A DNA stretch of 64,000 nt, from the NCBI RefSeq assembly GCF_009834535.1, contig NC_045707.1, positions 19,902,001 through 19,966,000 on the forward strand, in the 5' to 3' direction. Made by a program: the position numbers and the translations under genes. A model generated the notes under the pieces. That model saw only the letters and a list, made by a program, of their open reading frames with translations. It had not been told where the DNA came from and ran no database searches. This DNA comes from Camelus ferus. Taxonomy: Eukaryota. Shown piece after piece: positions 1 to 12,450 of the stretch; within the stretch, counting starts at the first letter, position 1, and each line of letters opens with the position of its first letter.

Positions 1-790
1 AAAATGGATGAAAGACCTAAATGTAAGACCAGATTACTATTAAACTTCTAGAGGAAAACACAGACAGAACACTCTGACATAAATCACAGCAATATTTTTT
101 TTAAACCAGCTCCTAGAGTAATAGAAATAAAAGCAAAATTAAACAAATGGGACCTAATTAAACACAAAAGCTTTTGCACATTTAAGGATACCATAAACAA
201 AACAAAAAAATCTTACAGAATGGGAGAAAATATTTACAAATGATACAACTGACAAGGGACTGATTTCTAAAATATACAAACAGCTCATACAGCTTAATAT
301 TTTAAAAAAAAGCAACCCAATCAAAAAATGGGCAGAGACCTAAACAGACATCTCTCCANNNNNNNNNNNNNNNNNNNNNNNNNNNNNNNNNNNNNNNNNN
401 NNNNNNNNNNNNNNNNNNNNNNNNNNNNNNNNNNNNNNNNNNNNNNNNNNNNNNNNNNNNNNNNNNNNNNNNNNNNNNNNNNNNNNNNNNNNNNNNCAAA
501 NNNNNNNNNNNNNNNNNNNNNNNNNNNNNNNNNNNNNNNNNNNNNNNNNNNNNNNNNNNNNNNNNNNNNNNNNNNNNNNNNNNNNNNNNNNNNNNNNNNN
601 NNNNNNNNNNNNNNNNNNNNNNNNNNNNNNNNNNNNNNNNNNNNNNNNNNNNNNNNNNNNNNAGAGAAAACTGTAATTTGAAAAAACACATGCACCCCAA
701 TGTTCATAGCAGCACTATTTACAATAGCCAACATGGAAATAACCTAAGTGTCCATCGACAGATGACTGGGTAAAGAAGATGTGATTTATA
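1..790 (+). mobile_element. LINE-1 ORF2 3' region fragment (interrupted by Ns)
   Basis: Typical L1 ORF2 end sequence (aaatgggacctaattaaa...aaaagcttttgcaca; atgcaccccaatgttcatagcagcactatttacaatagcc). Boundaries approximate. Confidence 0.9.
359..662. other. N-run (359-496 and 501-662) with a 4-nt island caaa
   Basis: Seen directly; lies inside the L1 fragment. Confidence 0.99.
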
Positions 791-1784
791 TATAATATAA
801 ACGTATCATAGTTATTAAAATTCATAAGTTCATAATAGTTTTTAAAACTCTAACTGATCAACTTTGGAGGACATTACAGAACCGACTTATTATTCTAAAA
901 ATTATCGAGTAAAGAGAAACAAGTCAAATATATAGCCATATGAACTGTATCTCTGAATAACCAAATAGCTGATGAAGCAAAGTCCTTCTATATAGAAGAA
1001 TTCAAAATAATAAAGAATGAAGGAATGATGGAATGGCACCAGTTTGTAACCTCTAGTGAAACAGCTGATCCAGGCAATGATTATCAAAGGTTACTAAAAA
1101 TCATTAGGTTAAAAACTGATTGGGTATCATAAGGAAAAAAAACTAAATACAAATATCCCTTATGAATATAGATGTGAAAAACCTTAACAAAATATTAGTA
1201 AACTGAATTCAGAAACATACAAAAAAAGGTTTGTACACCATGAGCAACTGCGATTAACTCCATGAACCCATTGGGTTAAATGTTCAAAAACCAAGTAATG
1301 TTATATGGCATATTAATAGAATAAAGGACAAAATGGACATGATTATCTCAGTAAATGCAGGATTTGACAAAATCCAATACCTATTCATGATAAAATCTCT
1401 CAACTGACTAATAGAAAGAAATGTCTTCATTTTGATAATAAAGAAGTTATGAAAACCCTACAGCTAATTTCATACTTAATGCTGAAAGATTGAATGCATT
1501 CCCCTGAAAATCAGAACAAGGCAAGGGTGCCTATGCTCACCATTTCTATTCAACATTATGCTGGAAGTTCTAGACAATGCCCTAAGAAAAAGCAACAACC
1601 ACAAAACCAAATAGCTTAACTGCATCCAGACTGGAAATGAAGAAGTAAAACTGTCCTTATTCACAAACATGATTGTCTATGTAGAAAATCCTACGGAACC
1701 CACAATAAAACTACTAGAATTAATAAGTGAGTCCAGCGAGGTCACAGGATACAAGATCAATATGTAAAAATCAACAGAATGAAG

Positions 1785-1952
1785 TGAAATATATACAAGA
1801 TCTTGTGGTAGCTCACAGCGAAAAAAAAATGTGACAATGAATATAAGTATGTTCATCTATAACTGAAAAATTGTGCTCTACACTGGAATTTGACACAACA
1901 TTGTACAATGACTGTAACTCAATAAAAAATGTTAAAAAAAATAAAAATAAAA
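1785..1952 (+). mobile_element. Short young L1 3'-end insertion with A-rich tail
   Basis: tcttgtggtagctcacagcgaaaaaaaaatgtgacaatgaatata...gtaactcaataaaaaaatgttaaaaaaa; candidate 7-bp TSD aatgaag at 1778-1784 and 1953-1959. Confidence 0.7.
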
Positions 1953-2975
1953 AATGAAGCCAGTTTAAAAAAAGACTGAAGTGAAATTAAAAAAACAATT
2001 CCACTCATAATATCAAAAGGAATTAAATATTCAGAAATAAATTTACAAATATAAGATTTATACACTGAAAATTTTAAAACATTGCTGAGAGAAATTAAAG
2101 AAATAATTGTTAAGATGGTAGTTTCCCCCAAACTGATACACAGTTTCAATGCAATTCCTATCAAAATCCTAGTAGGCTTCTTTGTAGAAGCTGACAAACT
2201 AACAGAAGTGCAAAGGACCTAGAAGAACCAAAACAATTTTGAAAAAGAACAAGTTGAAAGATTTACACTAATTGATTTCAAAACTTACTAGAAAGCAAAA
2301 GTAATCAAGATAATTTGGTGTTGTTATAAAGATGTGAATGCAGATCAATGGAACAGAACTGAGAGACCAGAAAGAAATCCTTAAATTTATGACCAATTAA
2401 TTTTCAACAAAGGTGCCAAGACAATTCAAGCTGGGATAACTGGATATCCATATGCAAAAAAGATAAACCTTATCTCATACCATACACAAAAATTAATTCA
2501 AAATGGATCACAGAATTAAATGTAAAAGCTAAAACTACAGTCTTTTAGAAGAAAACACAGGAGGAAATCTTCATGACTCTGGGCTACCAGAGTTCTTAGA
2601 CACAACACAAAAGTATGAGCTGTAGAAGAAAAGTACAATAAATTGGACTTCATTAAAATATAAAACTTTTAACTTTCAAAAGATACCACTAAGAAAGTGA
2701 AAAAACAAGCCACTGGCTGGAAGAAAATACTGCAAATCACACATCTGATGAAAGACTTGTATCTAGGATAAACAAAGAACTCTATCCAATTAAGACAATA
2801 CCCCAATTTAAAAATTTGCAAAGGACTTGAATAGACATTTCACCAAAGACATCCAAATGATTAATAAGTACATGAAAAGGTGCTAAGAATCATTAGGTTT
2901 TAGGGAAATGCAAATTAAACACACAATAAGATACTACTATACACCCGTTAGAATGGCTATAGTAAAAAAGACAGA

Positions 2976-3356
2976 CAAATGGATCTAGAGATTATCACAC
3001 TAAGAGAAGTCAGAGAAAGACAATTATATGAAATCACTTATATGTGGGGTCTAAAAAGGTGATACAAATGAATTTACTTACAAACAGAAAGAGACTCAGA
3101 TATAGAAAACAAATGTATGGTTACTAAAGGGGAATGTGGGAGGGGACAAATTAGGAGTTTAGGATTAACAGATACACACTACTATATATAAAATAGATAA
3201 TAAAGACCTACTGTATAGCACAGGGAACTATACTCAGTATCTTGTAATAACCTACAATGGAAAAGAATCTGAAAAAAATATATACACAGATGTATCTGAA
3301 TCACTTTGCTGTACAGCAGAAACACATTATAAATCAACTACACTTCAATTTTAAAA
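2976..3356 (+). mobile_element. L1 3'UTR fragment inserted in the older L1
   Basis: atggatctagagattatcacactaag...gacctactgtatagcacagggaactatactcagtatcttgtaataacc...aaatcaactacacttcaatttt; same family as the 33497-34161 copy. Confidence 0.8.
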
Positions 3357-3685
3357 ACGGGTAATAATAAGTATTGATGACAATGTAGAGAAACTAAAAT
3401 GCTCAGACATTGCTGGTAGGAATGTAACATGGTACAGTCACTTTGGAAAACAGTTTGGCAGTTGCTTTAATAAAAAGTTTTAATATCCTGTAGAGAAGTC
3501 CAGACCCTTCCTCATTATTTTTCAAAATCATCTTGGGTTCTCTGTTTTGTCTGCTACTAAAATTTTTAGGATTCAAGAAAATTCTGTGCAAAACCTGTTG
3601 AGATTTTGATTGGAACTGTGTTAAGTTTATAAATTACTTTGGAAAGAGCCTCTGTATTTTTGATAGTTTCCCTCCATTTAACACA

Positions 3686-4135
3686 GTATATTAGTTATCA
3701 ATTGCTGCATAAAATTACCGTAAAGTTAGTGGTATAAAATAACAGATATTTATTATCTCACAATTTCTATGAGTCAATTGCTACAGTCTAAGTGTTGGCC
3801 AGGGCTGAGTTCTCATCTATGGCACAAGCTGGGAAGGACTCACTTCTGTCACACGAGTTTTGGCAGCATTCAGTTCCTTGCAGGCTGTTGGATGAGAAAC
3901 ATACTTTCTTACTGGGTGTTAGCTGGGGTCTGCCTTATATTCTTTATCATGTGGTCTTCTTAGGACAGCTTATAACATGACAACTAGTTTCTTGAAAGCC
4001 AACAAGAGACAGTAACTTTTGCCATATTCTATTTGCTAGAAGCAAATCAAAGGTCCCATTCATACTCAAGAGAAGGGGATTACACAAGGGCATTAATATC
4101 AGGAGGCAGGGATTATGGGAGGCAGCTTACAATTT
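3686..4135. mobile_element. MaLR LTR (MLT1-like)
   Basis: MLT1-like ends: gtatattagttatcaattgctgcataaaattacc...tttattatctcacaatttct and aaggggattacacaagggc...ggaggcagggattatgggaggcagctta. Confidence 0.7.
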
Positions 4136-4239
4136 GCAATATATGGTATACATTTCCACTTACTAATCTCTCTGTAAAATTCTTACGCATCTTACATTAG
4201 GTTAACTCATGTGTACTTCTCAGTTTTTAAAACTGAGAA

Positions 4240-4830
4240 ACAGGCATAATTATTACTTCAATATAGGAACACCATTGCATTTCGGATACTGATCTTTCAT
4301 TTGGCAACCTTGCTGAACTCTTATTAGCCCCAACAATTTACCTGCCACTTGGATTTTCCTAATATCATTTGTGAATAATGACAATTTTGCTTCTTCTCTT
4401 GTAATCTTTATATCATTTTTTTTTGTCTTTTTGGACAATAATAAGACCTCCAATAAAATATTTAACGGAAGTTGTGATACCAGGCCTGTTCCCTAATAAA
4501 CCCTTTGTTAGGTTTAATAGGATACTCCTTTTCTTGTCCAGCTTGCTAAGAGCTTTAAGGATGAATAGGCACTTAATTTTATCAAATACTTCTGCAATGA
4601 CCAGGAAGATCAAATATATTTTCTCTCTTCATCTGTTGATTTTGTAAATTATGCAAGTTTTCTAATGTTAAACCAGTCTTGCATCCTTGGAATAAATATT
4701 CCTTGGTCATGAAATGTATATTTTGTGACTTTTGTATCTTTGTCTTTATAATTACCTTTCCTAAACTGTCTTGGTCTGGTTTTGGTTTCAAAGTTTATAC
4801 TAATTAACAAAACAAATTATGAAGTTTTTC
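4240..4830 (-). mobile_element. Degraded antisense L1 fragment
   Basis: Antisense L1 ORF2-like text (ttgtgaataatgacaattttgcttcttctc; aaccagtcttgcatccttggaataaat). Confidence 0.65.
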
Positions 4831-5589
4831 TTCTTTTCCTATTTCGTGGAACAAAGTACGTAAGATTGGGATTATCTATCCTTGAAAGTTTCATAGCACT
4901 CCCACATAAAACTTTTCTTTTTCTGTGTAAATGTTTAAACTACAAAACTTCTCATCTCAGCAGTAGGTAACACCTTCTGTTAGTCTCTGTGACAGCTATT
5001 CTAAATATTTACCATTCTTGGGCTTTCTACCTCACTTTTTCTCCCTATAGTCTTAGCATATAATACTTACCTGCTATCAAACTTTTCATCTCTACTGGCC
5101 TTCCTCTTCAGCATACTGAGATGATGATTTTCTTAAAAAGACAAAGCAAAAACACACATGCCAAACAAACAAAAGCCCCTCCCCTGAACTCTAGATTCTT
5201 CCATAGCTATTTTTGTTCTTTTCATTTTCCCCATAGTCAAGAGTTGTCGACAATTCCTAAGTGTCTTCATCTCTTACTTGTTTTTTTCCCCATTCATTTT
5301 CTTTACTATAAGTTATGTTAGATTTGGGAAATCATTCATGGGTTATATAAAAACACAACATAATCAGATTTGCATTTCTGAAAGATCACTTGTGACTATA
5401 CTGTAAGAAGAGATTGGAAGTGAGTGAAACTGATGGGAGGGAGACCTAAATCAAGAAGCTTAACTAGGATATTAGCGATGGTAGCAGTGCGAATGGGGAG
5501 AAGCGGATGGATTTGAAACCTATTATATTATAGGATCTGAAGGATGAGGAAATCAAAGATTAAATGTGTATCCAGCTGAATAATGGGTT

Positions 5590-6640
5590 TGATATTCACT
5601 AAACAGAAAATACAAATTAAGAAATCTGACTACATAAAGATAAAAAATTCCTACACGGCAAAAACTGTAAAAGGAAAATCAAAAGTCAAATGATAAACCA
5701 AGAGGGGGAAGGAATGTATGCAACTCATTTCACAAAGGACTAAACAGCAAAACTTTAATAGCCAACAAAAATGTGGGAAAATACATGAATAATTCATAAA
5801 AAAGGAAACACAAATGGTTCTTAAACATATAAAAAGATGCTCAACCTCATTCATAATTTTTAAAAAGTAAAATAAAAACAACACTGAGATACCATTTTAT
5901 ACCTCTTGGAAAGACAGACATTAAAAAAAAGTGATAATGAACTGAGGTGAGGGTAGAAAAACAAGTACTCTAATTGCTGGTGATACTGTAAAATGGTATG
6001 ACCAAATATGGAACGCAACATGGAAACATCTATCAAAGTTATGAATGTATATACCTTTTGACTCAGCAATTCTAGGAATTTAACCTACCGTTATATTTGC
6101 AAACCTGCAAAATAAAATGATATATAATCTTATTCACTGCAGCATTGTAATAGCTAGAGTAACCATAAAGCACATTGTTTTGTCCAAATTGGGACACTTT
6201 TATAAGAGGAAGAGGGCATTATTAATATTTAAGCTGGGACAACTGGCATAGCTGAGACTGTCCCAAGCAAACCAGGAAAATAATATAAATATTCACCAAC
6301 AGGAGACTTTTAAAATAATAACGATACATCCAGACTTGGAATACTGCATAGCCACAAAAGGTAGCACATTGTATACTGTTGTGGAAGGTTCTCCAAGATG
6401 TACAGTTTAAAAAAAAATTAAGGAAAAAAACCCAAAACAGTTCTTACAGTATGTTACCATTTGTGTAAAAGAGGGAAAAATATAACTGCTTAGATATGAA
6501 TAAAATATATCTGGAAGGATAGATAGAAAACCAATAACAATGTTTGCCTCTGGGGAGGGAAAGTGGGTAACAAGGAAACAGAAACAAGAAGGTGACTTCA
6601 CTATATGTCCTTTGTACCTTTTGAATTGCGAACCAGATGA
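5590..6640 (+). mobile_element. Ancient L1ME-type 3' fragments
   Basis: catataaaaagatgctcaacctcattcataat; atataccttttgactcagcaattctaggaattta; gttgcctctggggagggg-type terminal segment. Confidence 0.6.
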
Positions 6641-8249
6641 ATAAGTAAAATTTTAAAAGAAAACTGTCCTAGTAGTGAGTTGGCTAATTGATAACTTTTA
6701 TGATGTTTATTTTTCCCCTGCTTGAGCCTATATGCTGAATAATGAAAATTCTCTTAAACACTGTAATCCTACAGAGTTCCTTAAATAGTTTTAAAATATT
6801 TTAATTCTGCTATAAATATAAGAATAAGAATTATGCAAATCAAAACTAAGATAATACTTCATAAAAATCTGAAATCAAGTACCAGTATTATTAGTGACTA
6901 TCACAGAAAATTTATATGTAGTATTACTTTTTTCCAATTCCTGTGTTTAAAATTTCTCACAAAACAGCAATTATTTTAGTAATCACTTTCATACATCATA
7001 AACTTACTTGGCACCTTCTGTACTTTTTACTGTGATCTAATTAAACTGGACTGGAATAATAAATGCCAATCAGTGAGTAAATACACTTAGCTCTGAAAAT
7101 CTCTTACCTAAGTGGTAGTTACTATATAAAATATCTGATAATTTTAAATTGTTTTATCTAAAAATTTCTCAAAGATCAGAGAGCTGTAACCGTAGCTTTT
7201 AACAAATTGACAGGCAAAGGTGGATGATGTAAAAAATTTCAAATTACACAAGATCTTGAGAAATTATGACTTATGGAGTGTTCAAATAGATAAGTGTGGT
7301 TAAAAATTAATGTTACCTAGTCTTTTAGAAAATGGCTTTGTTCACTATATCTTTCATATTCTTCAGGTTAAAAGAAAATGAGTATTAATATGCTATCAAC
7401 CACATTCTGAAGGTTTTTTTTTTTCTGCTGTTTCAAATTCTTTCAAATTAGGTTTAGTCTACAATAAGCTTTTAAAAATCTTTTTTAGGGACTCAAGCAA
7501 AATCTACATTCTCTTAGCATCTTATAATGATTCAGACTTGCTACAATCTATTCTTAAGGCCATCAGAAACCAGATTACAGGAGACATTATTTGGCAAAAT
7601 AGAGAAAATGTACATTAGGCTTCATAAATCTGCCCAGTGTAACGAAATATTGTGATTTTTTTTAACATGCTTATGATTATACTTTTTCAGTCCTATAAAA
7701 TTTGGTTTTGTAATTGCTAAACCAAAGAGGAATTAGGAAAGCATATTGGAATAGATTATAGATATATGTGAATTTATATGAAATTTCATTTATTCCATAA
7801 AGGTCTAACATCAAGTTAAAATATGTGCGCCAGCACCGTAGTGCTCTAGCTAGAATCTAAATCTTATTCAAATTCATTCAAACTCATTAGTAATGATGTC
7901 TTAGCAGTTTTTAAACATATTAACCTATTTGGTGGCCTTGATTAATATTATTTAAACTTTCAACTCCAAAAAATCCCTCAGAAGCCCATAAGACCAAAGC
8001 AACACAAAGGCAACATAAGATTAGTTTCATCACTATCAGGAAATATGAAGTGAGGACAAAAGAGTGGTAAGTGTAATGACTTCTTCAAAAAACTCAGTGG
8101 TGGAAGGAATACAGATGCAAGCAAAAACTACATCAATTACATCTCAAATTTTTTAAAAAGGAGAAAAAAGAGCAATACTGATGGAGTATCTGAATTGCAT
8201 AAAGCTGTTTAACTGAAATATACTTTAATCACACATACACAGAGTCAAA

Positions 8250-9030
8250 ATATAGGCACTGTTTCTTAAGATGGCAGAGATTTGAGCATTATTTAAATGC
8301 TGAATGATGGAGTCTTTAAAGAGGAAGAAGTTGAAAAACAGAGCAAAGTAAGTAGAGAGATTAACCTGAGAGTGGAGGAAGGATTCCTCTTCAACAGCAT
8401 CTGGAGGGACTGACGTGGGTTATAAGGGTAACCGGCAGGAAATCGGGGGCTTTTTGTGAAGCAGTGCGGTGGTGAGTTTAAGTGAAATAGAGAAGCTTTG
8501 AAAGGTTTACTATGGAGTTTCCTTTAGGCTGTGGCTAAATACTCTTATCATAGTATTCAGAACTCTTCATAATGCAGCCCCCACATACATCCTCAGCTTC
8601 ACTGGTCCATGCATTCTCACATCCAACCAAATTTTCACTCCAACCAAGTTCATCCAGAGTCCCTGAAATGTTCCTCTTCATGCTGTTTGTTCTGGCAGAG
8701 CCCTCTGCCTGGAACACCTTTCTCCTCACTTCCCTGGGAACATCTCTCATCCTTTAAGAGTTGGCTCCAACCGCCCAGCATCCCTTAAGGTCCCTGTTCT
8801 TTATCTCAGCTACCCTTCACCCAGAGCCTAGTTAGGCACCCTTCTTTATACTTCCTTCTGCACATCTCTTCATCTCAGCATTTTTCATTAGAAATTTTAA
8901 ACACTGGCTTTCCCTTTTCTTCCAATAATCAGAAACTGGGTTTGTTTGTTTTTTTAATTTGTTTCTGGATTTCCTAGCACTGGGCCTGGTGCAATTTAGG
9001 CCAATGAATAAATATTCATTGAATGATATG
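8250..9030. mobile_element. L2 LINE fragments
   Basis: ctctgcctggaacacctttctcctcac...gcactgggcctggtgcaatttaggccaatgaataaatattcattgaatga is an L2 3'-end-like signature. Confidence 0.6.
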
Positions 9031-9224
9031 GGTATGTCAGAGCTCCAAATACTTATATTTCACCCAGTAGAAGACAAGATTATCATTCACAAATGAAGAA
9101 ACTAAGGTAGGAAGGAGTGCGCACCAATAATAACATTAGCAGAACAAAGACTAATGAAAAAAATGTGAACTAATCTTTCACTTAAGCTAATTAAGATTCT
9201 AGCTACAGTCTAAAGAGTAGAACA

Positions 9225-9408
9225 GGGGGAAGGGTATACAGCTCAAGTGGCAGAGCACACGCTTAGCATGCACGAGGTCCTGGGCTCAATCCCCAGTACC
9301 TCCTCTAAAAATAAACAAACCTGATTACCTCCCCCCCCAAAGTAAAATAATTAGATAATACAGTAATAAGTAAAATTTTTTAAGTGGTTAAGATAATACA
9401 TTAAAAAA
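9225..9408 (+). mobile_element. tRNA-Ala-derived SINE (camelid Vic-1-like)
   Basis: A-box/B-box head (agctcaagtggcagagcacacgcttagcatgcacgaggtcctgggctcaatcccc), A-rich tail, exact 14-bp TSD taaagagtagaaca at 9211-9224 and 9409-9422. Confidence 0.9.
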
Positions 9409-10629
9409 TAAAGAGTAGAACAAATGAGTATCCAAATCACAACAAATAAACATCCTCCAAACATAAGCATTGAGTTTCCAGTTTTGTACCACAGAAGACA
9501 CAGCTCTTCTGATTTAAGGATTCAAAATCATTCGGATCAATCCTCCCCCATACAGCACAAAACTCTAGCACAAACAGGGACTGACCTAAAAACTTACAAT
9601 TAGAGATATCTGAGTTTTCCTTCACTTATGAAAAGTCTCATGTCTAGCTGCCCATGTCACATGTGGCTAGTACTTTTGCACAGATTTAACTAGATTGGGT
9701 CCTTTTCAAATCAGAAACAACAAAAATAAAGGACTTGACGTTGCCAAGACTTAACCACCTAGGATGACAAACTTGTTCTTCTTGAATATCTTATACTTTA
9801 CACAATGCTGTGGGCCTCCCACGTCACCTGTTCTTGCTCCAACCTCATGCAAAGGCAGCCGTATTTAGTGGAAGAAGAATTACTCTAAAGGTCAAAGTCC
9901 AGCTGGTGGTAGTTCTCTATGCAAAGAATCTCCTCTTCTACAGGTAGATTTTCTTCACCATGCAATCAGTTTCTACTATCAGAGAGAACTGGGGAGAAAT
10001 AGAGTGAGGAACTCATGACTGATTATAATTAAAGCTAATTCAAAACAGCAGGGGTTAGGAAATACCTTCTAGGTAATATTTAGAAATTCCCTAACATATG
10101 TCATCTTTCTCTTAACAGCTCAAAAAGCTTCAGAGAAATAACATTCTTATGAAACCAGATAAGAATAGCCTGCTACATTTGGAAGAACTAATGCTGGCTG
10201 GAGTTTATACTAAGACCCAGAACTTTCTTAAGGTTCTGGTTAATGAGGCAGCCCAGGGCAAACCGGAGTCCCTGAATTAGGGTCCCACCAATTCGAGAAC
10301 TAGGGCAGATAAGGAAAGGCTACAGAAGGGGAAAACAAACAAAAAGAAAAGAAAGGTCACTCCACTGGTTTCAAACCAAATAAACCCTCCAACCCTAACC
10401 AAGCCAAATGAGAACTGCCTCTCCACAGAACAAACCAGAATATGGTTTCGATATTTTTTTCCCACGGTTACCCCCGATACTCATTTCAATCCAAAAATAA
10501 AAAGAAAAGCAAGTGGCCTTTTGTGACACAGCCAGCCCCTAGACAACTCTCTGTATCATACTGCTTCCAGATACATGCTTTCTTTAGAACGAGGTCATTT
10601 CCTGGGATAATTCAATGGCTGGTTTTGGG

Positions 10630-10850
10630 AAGAGCTTCATGATGGAGAGAGCCTTATAGTGAGAGACTTGGGTCCTGGCTCTGGTACTTATTAGCTGGAT
10701 TATCTTAGATAAAGAAGTCTTCATTTCTGAGTCTTAGTTTCCTCATCTTCAAAATGGGACTAATAATAACTACTCTGTAGGTCTCTGGTAAGAGAAAGCT
10801 AGACTAAAGTGGTTGGCACACCTTAAGTCCTAGATAATAGCTATTATTTA
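10630..10850 (+). mobile_element. MIR SINE
   Basis: MIR core: ctgagtcttagtttcctcatcttcaaaatgggactaataataac. Confidence 0.75.
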
Positions 10851-11189
10851 CATGTGCTCCTAACAAATACAGACGCTTTTAGGCGCTGCGAAGATACAGG
10901 AGAATGTTCTAGTTGAAAATGATAAAATTCCTGAATCTGCCTAGTTTTCAAAATTCTTTTTGTACATCTTTTCTGCTCATAAGGAAGAGACAAGCAATTA
11001 AAACATTTAATATTCTGGGAGCACCTAACGGCTTTTAAAATGTTTAAGAGCTCAGAGTTAAGAACACTTAAGTCCTGAACAGCCACCAAATAATTGGTGG
11101 AGCTAAAACGAGAACCCAGCACCCCAGCAACCCTGGGTGACCTTTTTTCGTCGCCTCGTGATCTCACTGAAGTATCCAGGGGCTGTTTC

Positions 11190-12450
11190 TGGTCGGGGTA
11201 ATCTCCGGCCAGCTGACTCCTCATTCACCAACACCCCGTGCTGGAGACTAGGTGTTCCTTTGGCCTCAACGCCGCACTATGAGGCCGGTTACTGAGGGCG
11301 GGCCTGGCCTTCGAATGTCGAAGGTCACTAAGTGACCTCTTGAACAGGGCTCATTCTTATTTGAGTGTAGAGCGGTACCGCTCTCTTCTCTCTCCGGGAA
11401 TTCCATCGCTCCAACCCGCCGCCTCCTCCGGGAGCTCAGCCGGCTTCGCAACCGCCCCACCTCAGCTTTCCCGCCCTCTGCGCCTGCACGCACCGCCCGC
11501 CGCAGCGGCCCGGGGCGCGGAGGAATCCGCAGGCTCTGGCGGACGGCCCACCGCCTTGCTCTCATTGGATAGCTTCGTCTTTTCTCCGCCCCAAAATTTA
11601 TGCTTCCTCAATAATTGGACCTGAGCGTTGTCCATCCCAACCCTCAGGCACCGCCCACTTACCTTCCGCGAGCCCCTCGCCTCTCGGCTTTCTCTTCTAT
11701 CGAGTTCGCTCTTCACGGTTCCCCTGTCTAGGGGCGATTGGGTGCACCTGGCGGGGCCCGCGCGTCACAGGGACTGGCCCGTCCTCCAGCTCCAACCCCA
11801 CCCACTGGGCCCCTCCTCTCTACTTCCCAGGCCCCGCACTTTCCCATGGAGCTCCCCCAACCTTGCCTCCGCCCCTCCCTCCAGCCACCGCTCAGACGCC
11901 TTGGGCGCTCTGGCCGAGCGGACGGCACCCTGGGGGGATGCGCTCCATGAAGGCTCTGCAGAAAGCGCTGAGCGGGGCCGGCAGTCACTGCCGGCGGGGA
12001 GGCTGGGGTCACCTGAGCCGGAGCCCTCTCCTTGGCGGGGGCGTCCGGCACCAACTCAGTGAGGCCGCTGCGCAGGGCCGGGAGACGCCGCACAGCCACC
12101 AGCTGCAGTTCCTGGATCAGTAAGGCTCGCGGGGCTGGGGTAGGGACAGGCTCGCTCCCACCCCCACTGTCGTTCTCACCAGCTTCCGAGTCCCCTACTC
12201 CCAGGAGCACGTCGCAACTCCCTTCTCCTCTCCTCGCTTACTGGCCTGCAATGCCCTTTCCTTTAGATTTGGGGCTTTGGGTCTGCCGTGCTCGAGCGGT
12301 AACGTGCCGTCCGCCCGGGAGGGCGTTTGGGCAGGTCGGTGTTCGGGATGGTGCCTGTCCAAGGTGCGTACTTAACTGGGAACGCAGGTGGGCGCGGAGT
12401 GTTGCTAGATGCACGTGTCTGAGTGCAGGGCGGTGTGTGCACCGCCCATC
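11190..12450 (+). promoter_or_regulatory. GLS2: GLS2 CpG-island promoter spanning exon 1
   Basis: Sharp rise in GC and CpG; inverted CCAAT boxes (ATTGG at 11564, 11614, 11737), GC boxes; no obvious TATA. Confidence 0.85.

Larger units (their letters stand above)
1000..3480 (+). mobile_element. Older degraded L1 ORF2 (RT/C-terminal region) hosting nested younger L1 3' ends
   Basis: L1 ORF2-like text such as gatttgacaaaatccaatacctattcatgataaaa, caaggcaagggtgcctatgctcaccatttctattcaacatt and ttttcaacaaaggtgccaagacaattcaa; many stops and no long ORF. Confidence 0.85.

Noticed and set aside
302-734. Long ORFs made mostly of X (also 33062-33578, 45769-46323 and 55475-55880)
   Set aside because: Artefacts of translating through N-runs.
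9225-9300. tRNA-Ala genes (also at 14567, 38564, 48187, 52190-52265 and 58701)
   Set aside because: Each has an A-rich tail, TSDs and stem mismatches, so they are SINEs rather than tRNA genes.
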